From the NCBI GenBank assembly GCA_025054695.1, contig JANWZI010000010.1, positions 592 through 64,591 on the forward strand: 64,000 nucleotides of DNA, read 5' to 3'. This document shows, one piece after another, positions 41,026-49,285 of this stretch. Source of the DNA: Myxococcota bacterium. Its GTDB lineage: Bacteria; Myxococcota_A; Polyangia; Polyangiales; JANWZI01. Numbering within the stretch: position 1 is the first letter of the stretch; the number at the start of each line of letters is the position of its first letter. Position numbers and translations under genes: made by a program. The notes under the pieces were generated by a model. That model made no database searches. It was not told the origin of the DNA and saw nothing but the letters and a program-made list of their open reading frames with translations.

Positions 41026-41925
41026 GTGAAAGAAGTCGGATTCGACCTCGGCCTGCTCGGAGGGCGCCGGGTCTGGTCCGGGCTCATCGACGCGGTCTGC
41101 GCTGCCGGGGACCGAGCGCTCGCGCTGCAGCGGGCAGGCGCGGCGCGCCGTGCGCGGAGCAAGGCGGACCGCTCGCCGGTGACGGAAGCGGACGAGGCGG
41201 TCGAGCGCATGCTCGCCGAGTACGTGGCGCGTCGCTGTCCCCAGGCCGGATTCGTCGGCGAGGAGACGGGCGCTCGCGGCGCACGACGTCGGTTGCGCTT
41301 CGTCGTGGACCCTATCGACGGAACGCGCGCGTTCGTCCGCGATCTGCCCGGATGGTCGATCCTGGTCGGCGTGGAGCTCGACACACGGCCCGTTGCGGGC
41401 GTGGCGCTGATGCCGGCGCGCGGCGATCTGTTCGTCGGCGTGGTGGGCGAGGGAGCGAGCTGCAACGGCCGACCGGTGCGGCTCTCGCGCACGAGGCGGC
41501 TCGATCGAGCGGCGGTGGGACACGGAGGGCTCGCGCAGTTCGTCGAGGTGGGCGCGACGGGACTGCTCGAGGTGCTCGGCCGCGCGACGTGGTTGCAGCG
41601 TGGGTTCGGGGACTTCGATGGTTATCGAATGCTGCTGCTCGGCCACTTGGACGCGCTGGTCGAGCCTGCCGTGCGACGCTGGGACCTGAGCGCGCCGGCG
41701 GCCCTGCTGCGCGCCGCGGGCGGAAGGCTCACCGCTGCGGACGGTAGTGACGATCTGGACGCCGGCTGGTCCGTCGCGAGCAACGGGCCCCTGCATCGGC
41801 CGTTACTCGAGCTGCTTCGGAGTCGGACCCCGGGCGCCGAGTATTCGAAGCGCAACCGACGACCGCCGTTGGCGCTGCACGAAGGAATCGAGCCCGGCGG
41901 GGGGCGACCGCCGGGCTCGCGGTGA
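41026..41925 (+). CDS. Inositol monophosphatase family protein
   Basis: GTG start. Contains SPVTEADEAVE, VVDPIDGT and RWDLSAPAALL. Confidence 0.8.
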   Translation: MKEVGFDLGLLGGRRVWSGLIDAVCAAGDRALALQRAGAARRARSKADRSPVTEADEAVERMLAEYVARRCPQAGFVGEETGARGARRRLRFVVDPIDGTRAFVRDLPGWSILVGVELDTRPVAGVALMPARGDLFVGVVGEGASCNGRPVRLSRTRRLDRAAVGHGGLAQFVEVGATGLLEVLGRATWLQRGFGDFDGYRMLLLGHLDALVEPAVRRWDLSAPAALLRAAGGRLTAADGSDDLDAGWSVASNGPLHRPLLELLRSRTPGAEYSKRNRRPPLALHEGIEPGGGRPPGSR

Positions 41926-42027
41926 GCGCGCGGGCGGCTGCACGGCGGGATGCGGGCGTCCCGGGGAGGGGCCGGGAAGGTACCGTGCGAAACCGTCGAC
42001 CGCGCGCGAAGCCTGAAGCGAGACGCG

Positions 42028-42201
42028 TCAGAAATCGAAGTCCGGATCGCGGCGCTCCTCGAACGGGTTGTCCTCTGGAGCGTGGAAGGTGGCCTCGTTG
42101 AACAGATCGTCCAGGCTGAATCCGCACTTCTGGTAGACGCGGATCTCCTCGCGTTCGAACTCTTCGATCGACCGGTAGCGGCGTGGCGACCCGTGAGTCA
42201 T
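42028..42201 (-). CDS. Small acidic hypothetical protein (57 aa), absent from the ORF track
   Basis: My manual translation: MTHGSPRRYRSIEEFEREEIRVYQKCGFSLDDLFNEATFHAPEDNPFEERRDPDFDF. ATG 42201 is preceded by TAGGAGGATTC. It is divergent from parA. Confidence 0.5.
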   Translation of the reverse strand: MTHGSPRRYRSIEEFEREEIRVYQKCGFSLDDLFNEATFHAPEDNPFEERRDPDFDF

Positions 42202-42285
42202 GAATCCTCCTACCTAGAACTACATCCACCGACACAGTATCACCTCGGACCCTGCACGCCAAAAAGGTGATAAGGAGAGAATGCA

Positions 42286-43053
42286 GTGGGCCACGTCGTC
42301 GCCGTCGCCAATCAAAAGGGCGGGGTCGGCAAGACCACGACGGCGGTGAACCTGTCGGCGAGCCTCGCGGTGACCGACCAGCGGGTCCTGCTGGTGGACG
42401 TCGATCCGCAGGGCAACGCGACCAGCGGCCTCGGGCGCTCGCCCCGGCGGCTGCAACGCGGGACGTACGAGGTGCTCGTCGAGGGTCTTCCGATCGCCGA
42501 GGCGGAGCTCGCGACCGAGCTGCCCGCGCTGCGGCTCGTGGGCGCGAGCCACGACCTGGCGGGAGTCGAGCTCGAGCTGTCTTCGGCGCCGGATCGAGCG
42601 GAGCGGTTGCGTGCGGCGCTGCGTCCGCGTCGGGACGCGTACGATTTCGTCGTCATCGACTGTCCCCCGTCCCTCGGTCTGCTCACGCTCAACGCGCTGG
42701 TCGCCGCCGATCTCGTGCTCGTGCCGATGCAGTGCGAGTACTACGCGCTCGAGGGGCTCTCGCAGCTCGTCGAGACGGTCGAACGGGTGCGCGCGACGCT
42801 CAACCCCGCGCTTCGGATCCACGGGGTGCTGCTGACGATGTACGACGCGCGCAACAACCTCGCGTTGGAGGTCGCCGCCGAGGTGCGCCGCCACTTCCCG
42901 GTCTACGAGACGACCATTCCGCGCAACGTGCGCCTCGCCGAGGCGCCCTCGCACGGCAAGCCGGTGCTGCTGTACGACGCCTCGTCGCGCGGCAGTTACG
43001 GATACCTGAGCCTGGCGCGCGAGCTGCTCGGCGCGCTTCCGGGAGGGCCGTGA
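42286..43053 (+). CDS. parA: Chromosome partitioning ATPase ParA (Soj)
   Basis: GTG start after AAGGAGAG. Contains VANQKGGVGKTTTAVNL and DCPPSLG. Confidence 0.92.
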   Translation: MGHVVAVANQKGGVGKTTTAVNLSASLAVTDQRVLLVDVDPQGNATSGLGRSPRRLQRGTYEVLVEGLPIAEAELATELPALRLVGASHDLAGVELELSSAPDRAERLRAALRPRRDAYDFVVIDCPPSLGLLTLNALVAADLVLVPMQCEYYALEGLSQLVETVERVRATLNPALRIHGVLLTMYDARNNLALEVAAEVRRHFPVYETTIPRNVRLAEAPSHGKPVLLYDASSRGSYGYLSLARELLGALPGGP

Positions 43054-43919
43054 GCAGTCCGGAGTCGCGTCGTCCGCGCCTCGGGCGGGGTCTCGATGCG
43101 ATTCTGCCGGTTCCGGCCGGCTCCTCGGGCCATGGCGGAAGCGGCGGCGCGCTCGAGTTGCCCATCGAGGAGCTGCATCCGAATCGGGCCCAGCCGCGTC
43201 GTCGTTTCGACGAGGCCGCACTCGACGAACTGGCTCAGTCGATCCGGTCGGTGGGCGTGCTCGCGCCCATCGTCGTGCGGCGACGCCCCGCTGGAGGCTA
43301 CGAGATCGTCGCGGGCGAGCGCCGCTGGCGTGCGGCGCAACGCGCGGGGCTGCGCGCGGTGCCCGTTGTGATCCGCGAGCTGACGCCGGCCGAAGCGCTC
43401 GAGGCCGCGCTCGTCGAGAACGTCCAGCGCGAGGACCTCGAGCCGCTTGAGCTCGCGCGGGCCTACCAGCAGATGATCGAGTCGCACGGCTACACGCAGG
43501 AGCGCCTGGCGGCGCGTGTCGGTCGCGACCGCTCGACGATTGCCAACGCCCTTCGACTGCTTCGCCTTCCGCCGGAGGTGCTGGCGCTGCTCGAGGAGCG
43601 GCGCATCGACGAGGGCCACGCCCGCGCGCTGCTGCAGGCCGCAAGCCCCGCCGAGATGATTCGTCTGGCACGCATGGCGGCCGAGCGCGGGCTGTCGGTG
43701 CGTCAGGTCGAGGCGCTCGCCCGCGCCTCGCGTCAATCCGAACGCCCCGCCTCGCGCGCGGAGCGCACCCCGAGCGCGAACGTGCGCGACCTGGAGAACC
43801 GACTGCGGCGCTCGCTGGGGGTGCAGGTGCGCGTGGTCGACCGCAAAGGCCGCGGTCGCATCGAGCTCAACTACGGCAGTCTCGACGAACTGGACCGGTT
43901 GCTTGCGCGCCTGCTTTGA
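43050..43919 (+). CDS. parB: Chromosome partitioning protein ParB (Spo0J)
   Basis: This is the C-terminal part of ORF 42267..43919, starting at GTG 43050, which overlaps the parA stop as GTGA. Contains LGRGLDAIL, GERRWRAA and an HTH (QERLAARVGRDRSTIANALRLL). Confidence 0.9.
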   Translation: MSSPESRRPRLGRGLDAILPVPAGSSGHGGSGGALELPIEELHPNRAQPRRRFDEAALDELAQSIRSVGVLAPIVVRRRPAGGYEIVAGERRWRAAQRAGLRAVPVVIRELTPAEALEAALVENVQREDLEPLELARAYQQMIESHGYTQERLAARVGRDRSTIANALRLLRLPPEVLALLEERRIDEGHARALLQAASPAEMIRLARMAAERGLSVRQVEALARASRQSERPASRAERTPSANVRDLENRLRRSLGVQVRVVDRKGRGRIELNYGSLDELDRLLARLL

Positions 43920-43921
43920 GG

Positions 43922-44554
43922 ATGGGGGCCGTCGCGTCGCGCGCGCGACGGCGCACCACCGTTAAGCTTGGGGCTCCGGTGACGTCGCCGTACCGTTCCG
44001 AGCTGCTCGCGCTGGCGCGGCGCGCCGTGCGGGCCGCCGCCGAGAACGCGCCCGCGCCGCGCGCGGACCCGAGTCGGCTCGAGGCCTGGATGCGCGAGCC
44101 CGGATGTTGCTTCGTGACCCTTCGCACGCTTGACGGCCGACTGCGCGGCTGCATCGGAAGGCTCGAGCCGGATCTGCCGCTGCACGAATGCGTCGTACAG
44201 TCCGCGATCGCGGCTGCGTCGCGCGATCCGCGCTTCGAGCCGGTGCGACCCGACGAGGTGGACGCCCTGCGGATCGAGATCCACGTGCTCGGCCCAACGC
44301 GGCGCGTGCACGGGCCGTCCGAGGTCGAGGTGGGTCGGCACGGCGTGGTCCTTCGGGCGGCTGGACGACGCGGGGTGCTGCTTCCCTCGGTCGCGGTCGA
44401 GCACGGACTGGACGCGACCCGCTTCGTCGAGGCCGTCTGTCACAAAGCGGGCTTGCCGGTGGATGCGTGGCGCCGTTCCGACGCGGTTCTCGAGGTGTTC
44501 GAGACCCTTTCGTTCGCGGAGCCGGAGTGCGGCGCTGTGGATGCCGGCGGGTGA
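43922..44554 (+). CDS. AMMECR1-domain protein
   Basis: ATG 43922 (the track uses TTG 43916). Contains CCFVTLRTLDGRLRGCIGRLEP. Confidence 0.75.
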   Translation: MGAVASRARRRTTVKLGAPVTSPYRSELLALARRAVRAAAENAPAPRADPSRLEAWMREPGCCFVTLRTLDGRLRGCIGRLEPDLPLHECVVQSAIAAASRDPRFEPVRPDEVDALRIEIHVLGPTRRVHGPSEVEVGRHGVVLRAAGRRGVLLPSVAVEHGLDATRFVEAVCHKAGLPVDAWRRSDAVLEVFETLSFAEPECGAVDAGG

Positions 44555-44591
44555 CGCCACCGGCCGCGTTCGATCCGGGCGTCGGGTCGCG

Positions 44592-44957
44592 TCAGGTTTC
44601 GGCGGTTTCGGCCTGGCTCGCCTCGCGCAGCCGCGCGGCCTTGCCGGCGCGCTCCCGCAGGAAATAGAGGCGTGCGCGGCGCACGTGGCCCCGCGAGACG
44701 ATCTCGAGCTTCTCGATGCGTGGGCTGTGCAACGGATAGATGCGCTCGACCCCCACGCCGAACGAGATCTTTCGCACGGTGAATGTGCCGCCCAGACCGG
44801 CCCCACGACGCCGGATGACCGTCCCCTCGAAGACCTGGATGCGTTCCTTGTCGCCCTCGCGGATGCGGTAGTGGACGCGAACCGAGTCGCCCACGCGGAA
44901 AGCGGGAAGCTGCCGCCGATACGGCGCCTCGACGGCTGCGATGCGGGGGTGCTTCAT
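44592..44957 (-). CDS. rplS: 50S ribosomal protein L19
   Basis: Lies in ORF 44592..45047, starting at ATG 44957 ([11 protein letters not shown]). Contains [29 protein letters not shown]...[25 protein letters not shown]. Confidence 0.9.
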   Translation of the reverse strand: MKHPRIAAVEAPYRRQLPAFRVGDSVRVHYRIREGDKERIQVFEGTVIRRRGAGLGGTFTVRKISFGVGVERIYPLHSPRIEKLEIVSRGHVRRARLYFLRERAGKAARLREASQAETAET

Positions 44958-45108
44958 GACGTCCTCGGGGCTGCGAGAGGGGGGTCGAGTCGCTAGCACG
45001 TCGGCCTCGATGTCGCAACGAGTCTCGATCGCGTGGAGCGAGGACACGCTCGCGCGCGGCGGTGCCGTTCGAAGCCGGTGACCAAGGGCTCAGGAAGCGT
45101 GCGGGTCG

Positions 45109-45264
45109 GAGCCAGAGCCCGAGTCCGAGCCCGAGCTCGAGCCCGAGCCCGAGTCCGAGTCCGAGCTCGAGCCCGAGTCCGAGCTCGAGTCCGAGCTCGA
45201 GCCCGAGCCCGAGTCCAAGTCCGAGACCGAGACCGAGTCCGAGTCCGAGTCTGAGTCCGAGTCC
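45109..45264. repeat. Hexamer-repeat array (GAGNCC orientation), 26 units, in the rplS/uppP divergent gap
   Basis: Sequence reads gagcca gagccc gagtcc gagccc gagctc gagccc gagccc gagtcc gagtcc gagctc... The left flank is GTGACCAAGGG (45078-45088), and the right flank contains GTGATCGATGC. Confidence 0.92.
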
Positions 45265-45376
45265 GTGATCGATGCTTTCGCCCCACGGCGCCCGCGGTCG
45301 TGATCGAGATTCACGGGAGCCACCTGCCAGACAACCGCGTGCTTGATTCGTGTGGGGAGCGGGATAGAAGGCGCAC

Positions 45377-46213
45377 GTGGACGCGGCCGTTGTCGTGGGC
45401 CTCGCCGTGGTTCAGGGACTCACCGAGTTCCTCCCGGTTTCGAGCGACGGTCACCTGGCGATCGGCGGCTGGCTGTTCGGCCTGCGGGCGCCGTCGCTGC
45501 CCGTGGTGGTCCTTCTGCACGCGGGGACGCTTCTCGCGACGCTCGTCGTGCTGCGCAACGAGGTGGCCTCGCTCGGCCGCGCGGCGGCGAGTCTACTGTT
45601 GGGGCCCCGACGTGGGCTTACCGACGACGAGGGCCGCCTTCTGGTCGGGGTGCTTGTGGCGACGGCTCCCACGGCCCTAGTCGGTTGGTGGCTCGAGCCC
45701 CACGTCGAGGCGCTCTCCGCGCGTCCCCTGGCCGTCGGGCTGGGGCTGCTCGGTTCGGCTGCGGCGGTCCTGCTCACGCATCGATCGAGGGGCGACCGCG
45801 AAACGCTCGGGGCCGGTCGATGTCTGCTCGTGGGGCTCGCGCAGGGCCTGGCCGTTCTGCCCGGGCTATCCCGGAGCGGCACGACGATCGCCGCGTGCAT
45901 GCTGCTCGGCCTGCACGCGCGTGCGGCCTTCCGGTTCTCGTTCCTGCTCTCAATGCCTGCGATCCTCGGCGCGCTGATTCTGGAGGCGCGCCGCGTCGAC
46001 GAGATCGGCGCGCTCGGATGGCTCGCGTGGATCGGCGGCCTGGTCGCGTTCGCGACCGGCGCGGGCGCCTTGCTCGTGCTCCGAGGGCTCGTCGAGCGCG
46101 GGCGGCTGGGCTGGTTCGCGGCCTATCTGATCCCGGTCGGGCTCGCCCTGCTCGCGTGGGACGTGATGGGCGAGCCTTCGGCGACGTCGCCGCACGGGGG
46201 GGTCGGTCCGTGA
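45377..46213 (+). CDS. uppP: Undecaprenyl-diphosphate phosphatase
   Basis: 278 aa with a GTG start. Contains TEFLPVSSDGHL and PGLSRSGTTI. It is polytopic. Confidence 0.9.
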   Translation: MDAAVVVGLAVVQGLTEFLPVSSDGHLAIGGWLFGLRAPSLPVVVLLHAGTLLATLVVLRNEVASLGRAAASLLLGPRRGLTDDEGRLLVGVLVATAPTALVGWWLEPHVEALSARPLAVGLGLLGSAAAVLLTHRSRGDRETLGAGRCLLVGLAQGLAVLPGLSRSGTTIAACMLLGLHARAAFRFSFLLSMPAILGALILEARRVDEIGALGWLAWIGGLVAFATGAGALLVLRGLVERGRLGWFAAYLIPVGLALLAWDVMGEPSATSPHGGVGP

Positions 46214-47280
46214 CGGGGCGGTCCGTCTGGGCGGTGCTGCTCGCGGGAGGGGCCGGGACGCGATTTTGGCCTCTGTCGCGCGCGCACAGGCCCAAGCAGA
46301 TGCTCGCGCTCGTCGGCGGGCAGCAGCCGTTGCTCGTGCGCACCGCGGCGCGCATCCGGCCCTTGGTCCCCGATGCCCGCATGATCGTGGTGACCGCGGC
46401 GCACCTGGTGGAGGCGACGCGCGCGTTGCTGCCCGCGGTGCCCTCGTCCCAGGTGCTCGGGGAGCCGGTGGGCCGCAACACGGCTGCGGCGGTGGCTCTG
46501 GCCGCGTGGTTCGTCGTGCGGCGCGATGCGGACGCGCTGCTTGCGGTGTTCCCGGCCGATCACCACGTCGGCGACGAGCCCGCTCTGCGCGATGCGGTCG
46601 CGCGCGCGCTGTCCGTGGCGGCGCAAGGCGAGCTGGTGACCCTCGGGCTGCGACCGACCCGCGCCGAGACGGGCTACGGATACATCGAGGTAGGCGAGCC
46701 GCTGGCCGACGGCGCGCACCGCGCGCGCGCATTCGTCGAAAAGCCCGACGCGGAGCGCGCGGCCCGCTTCGTCGCGGCCGGCACGCACCTGTGGAACAGC
46801 GGCATGTTCTTCTTCTCGGCGCGCGCGATCCTCGACGCCATCGACCGGCATCTGCCCGTGCTCGGGACGGCGCTGCGCGAGCTGCAGGGCACGGGCGATC
46901 CCGTCGATCCGACGTGGTTCGAGGGGTGCTGGCGCGCGCTGCCGTCCGTATCGATCGACCACGGCGTGTTCGAGAAGCACGACCGGGTTGCGGTCGTCCC
47001 CGTCGATCCGGACTGGAGCGACGTGGGGAGCTACCAGACGGCGTGGGAGCTGGAGTCGCGCGACGCGCAGGGCAACGCGGCGCCATCGGACGCGGTGTTG
47101 CTCGACGCGCACGGCAACTACGTGCGCGCGCCGCAGGGCAAGCTGGTCGCGCTCGTGGGCGTCGACGACCTCGTCGTCGTCGACACCGAGGACGCCCTGC
47201 TCGTCGTCCCCCGCGCGCGTGCGCAGGACGTGCGGCTGGTCGTGGAGCGTCTGCGCGCAAGAGGCGACCGGCGGATCTAG
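46210..47280 (+). CDS. Mannose-1-phosphate guanylyltransferase-like nucleotidyltransferase
   Basis: This is the C-terminal part of ORF 45343..47280, starting at GTG 46210, which overlaps the uppP stop as GTGA. Contains LAGGAGTRFWPLSR and GYGYIE. Confidence 0.85.
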   Translation: MTGRSVWAVLLAGGAGTRFWPLSRAHRPKQMLALVGGQQPLLVRTAARIRPLVPDARMIVVTAAHLVEATRALLPAVPSSQVLGEPVGRNTAAAVALAAWFVVRRDADALLAVFPADHHVGDEPALRDAVARALSVAAQGELVTLGLRPTRAETGYGYIEVGEPLADGAHRARAFVEKPDAERAARFVAAGTHLWNSGMFFFSARAILDAIDRHLPVLGTALRELQGTGDPVDPTWFEGCWRALPSVSIDHGVFEKHDRVAVVPVDPDWSDVGSYQTAWELESRDAQGNAAPSDAVLLDAHGNYVRAPQGKLVALVGVDDLVVVDTEDALLVVPRARAQDVRLVVERLRARGDRRI

Positions 47281-47433
47281 GTCCGGGACGACGCTTGGAC
47301 CGCGGCGCACGTGCCCCGCTCCGCGCATTTCGGATCGGCGGGCGACGGGCCGTCGGGTGCGAGCGAACGGCGCACCCTGGTGGCGCACCACGTCCGCGCG
47401 ACGCACGTCCGCATCCGGTGTTACGCTCGCCGC

Positions 47434-49023
47434 ATGCGTCGCTTCGCTTGGTGTGCGGCCGCCGCGGCACCGTTCGTCTCGACTTCGTGCGTCGACCCGA
47501 ATCCCGTGGGACGCCTCGAGGCACCCGCGGTCTATGGAGAGGACGACAGGCGGGACGTGTTCGAGCACGACGACGCGTCGCTGCGTGCGCGTACGGACGG
47601 CTCCATCGTCGCGCTGATGCAAGCCGAGGCGTTGATGCCGGACGGCGACGGAAGCTACGTGCCCCTGGCTCCCACGCTCGGCGAGGCGCAGCGACTGTGT
47701 GCGGGACAGCGATTCGCCGAGCAGCCGACCGCCGCATTCTGCTCGGGCACGCTGATCGACGACGATCTGGTGCTGACCGCCGGTCACTGCGTCGAGGCGT
47801 CGGGCGACTGTTCGGACGTCCGGCTCGTGTTCGACTATTACTTCGTCGCCCCGGGGCGGCTCGCGCGCATCGAGCGTGAAGACGTATTTGCCTGCCGCCG
47901 CATCGTGACGCGGCGACTCGAGGAGAGCGGACTCGACTACGCCGTCATGCAGCTCGACCGGCCGGCGACGCCGAGCGGACGCAGCGTCGCTCCGGTACGC
48001 CTCGAGGACCGGCCGCTTGAACGGGACCGGCGCGTCGTGGTCATCGGGTTCGGAAGCGGGCTGCCGGCGAAGATCGACGACGGCGGTCGCGTCGTCGACC
48101 CGCGCGCGAGCCGTCTCGACTACTTCCATGCGACGACCGACACGTTCGGCGGCAACAGCGGCTCGGGCGTATTCGACGAGGAGGGAAGGATCGTCGGCAT
48201 CCTGGTGCGGGGGGAAACCGACTACGTACCCGCGGGCTCGTGCTACGTGGTCAACGAGCTGCCCGACTCGGGCACGGGGGGCGCAGAGGACGTCGTATAC
48301 GTGCGGCGCGCCATCGACGCGCTGTGCCGCGAGGGCTGGCCGAGCGAACGGCTCTGCGGGCGCGGGTCCTCGTGCGGTGACGGAATCTGCAGCGGCATGG
48401 AAACCCCGGAGGACTGTCCAGACGACTGCGCGGCCGCGGCCTGTCCGGATGGCCTGTGTCAGCTCACCGAGGACGAGTCGAGCTGTCCCGCCGATTGCGC
48501 GGGCGGCGCGAGCTCGGGGCCGCCGTCCGGCTGGACCTGCCCGGCCGGGTGGTATGACGCGCGGGAGGGCTGCGACTGCGGTTGCGGGGTGCGCGATCCG
48601 GATTGCGACGTGCCGGGACAGCGCGTGTACGGTTGCACCGAGGGGCAGAGCTGTGACGCGTCGGGGCGCTGCACCGACGCGCCGGCAGGCGGCGGCGTCT
48701 GGCTCTGTTCCCCCGAGTACTACGGAACGTCGGACGGATGCGACTGCGAGTGCGGCACACGCGATCCCGACTGCGACGATCCCTCGCAACCGGTGCTCAA
48801 CTGTCCCGATGGCTATCTGTGCGGCGGGCCGTCCGGCACGTGCGTCGACGAGTCCGGAATGCCGCCCGGCGCGAGTGGCGGCGACGCGACGTGCGCCGTG
48901 ATGGGTACGGCGGGCCCGGCGATGACCGTCGTGCTCGCGGCCTGGATCGCGATGGCGCGGCGTCGTCGAGCCCGGCGCCGCGGCACGCCGCGGACCGCGC
49001 ATGGCAGGCCCGGAGCGAACTGA
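47434..49023 (+). CDS. Secreted trypsin-like serine protease with duplicated Cys-rich modules and a MYXO-CTERM-like tail
   Basis: Lies in ORF 47311..49023, starting at ATG 47434. Contains LTAGHC and FGGNSGSGVF. Two modules read W.C...Y....GCDC.CG.RDPDCD. The tail is CAVMGTAGPAMTVVLAAWIAMARRRRARRR. Confidence 0.75.
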   Translation: MRRFAWCAAAAAPFVSTSCVDPNPVGRLEAPAVYGEDDRRDVFEHDDASLRARTDGSIVALMQAEALMPDGDGSYVPLAPTLGEAQRLCAGQRFAEQPTAAFCSGTLIDDDLVLTAGHCVEASGDCSDVRLVFDYYFVAPGRLARIEREDVFACRRIVTRRLEESGLDYAVMQLDRPATPSGRSVAPVRLEDRPLERDRRVVVIGFGSGLPAKIDDGGRVVDPRASRLDYFHATTDTFGGNSGSGVFDEEGRIVGILVRGETDYVPAGSCYVVNELPDSGTGGAEDVVYVRRAIDALCREGWPSERLCGRGSSCGDGICSGMETPEDCPDDCAAAACPDGLCQLTEDESSCPADCAGGASSGPPSGWTCPAGWYDAREGCDCGCGVRDPDCDVPGQRVYGCTEGQSCDASGRCTDAPAGGGVWLCSPEYYGTSDGCDCECGTRDPDCDDPSQPVLNCPDGYLCGGPSGTCVDESGMPPGASGGDATCAVMGTAGPAMTVVLAAWIAMARRRRARRRGTPRTAHGRPGAN

Positions 49024-49033
49024 CGGCCCTCGC

Positions 49034-49158
49034 GTTGCTTGACGTGGCCGACGGGTGTCGCGAGCCCGAGTCCGAGGCAGAGTTCGCGCCCAAGTCCGAG
49101 CCCGAGCCCGCGTCCGAGTGGGCGCCCCGGTCAACCACCTTCCCACGCGCCGTGACAC
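49034..49158. repeat. Hexamer-repeat element: flank box, (GAGNCC)x10 core at 49062-49121, and an inverted right arm
   Basis: The left flank is GTTGCTTGACGTGGCCGACGGGTGTCGCGAG. On the right are GTCAACC (49130-49136) and CGTGAC (49151-49156). The element starts 11 nt after the protease stop. Confidence 0.8.
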
Positions 49159-49285
49159 GCGCCGGTGCCGCCGCAAGCGCCCCGAGCGCCGACGACGGGG
49201 TCTCGGGCAGGCGTTCGGGCTCGTGACGTCCCGGTCGCCGGGTCGGAGCGAAGCGGGGTCGACCCAGGCGTCCGATGCCGGGAAG

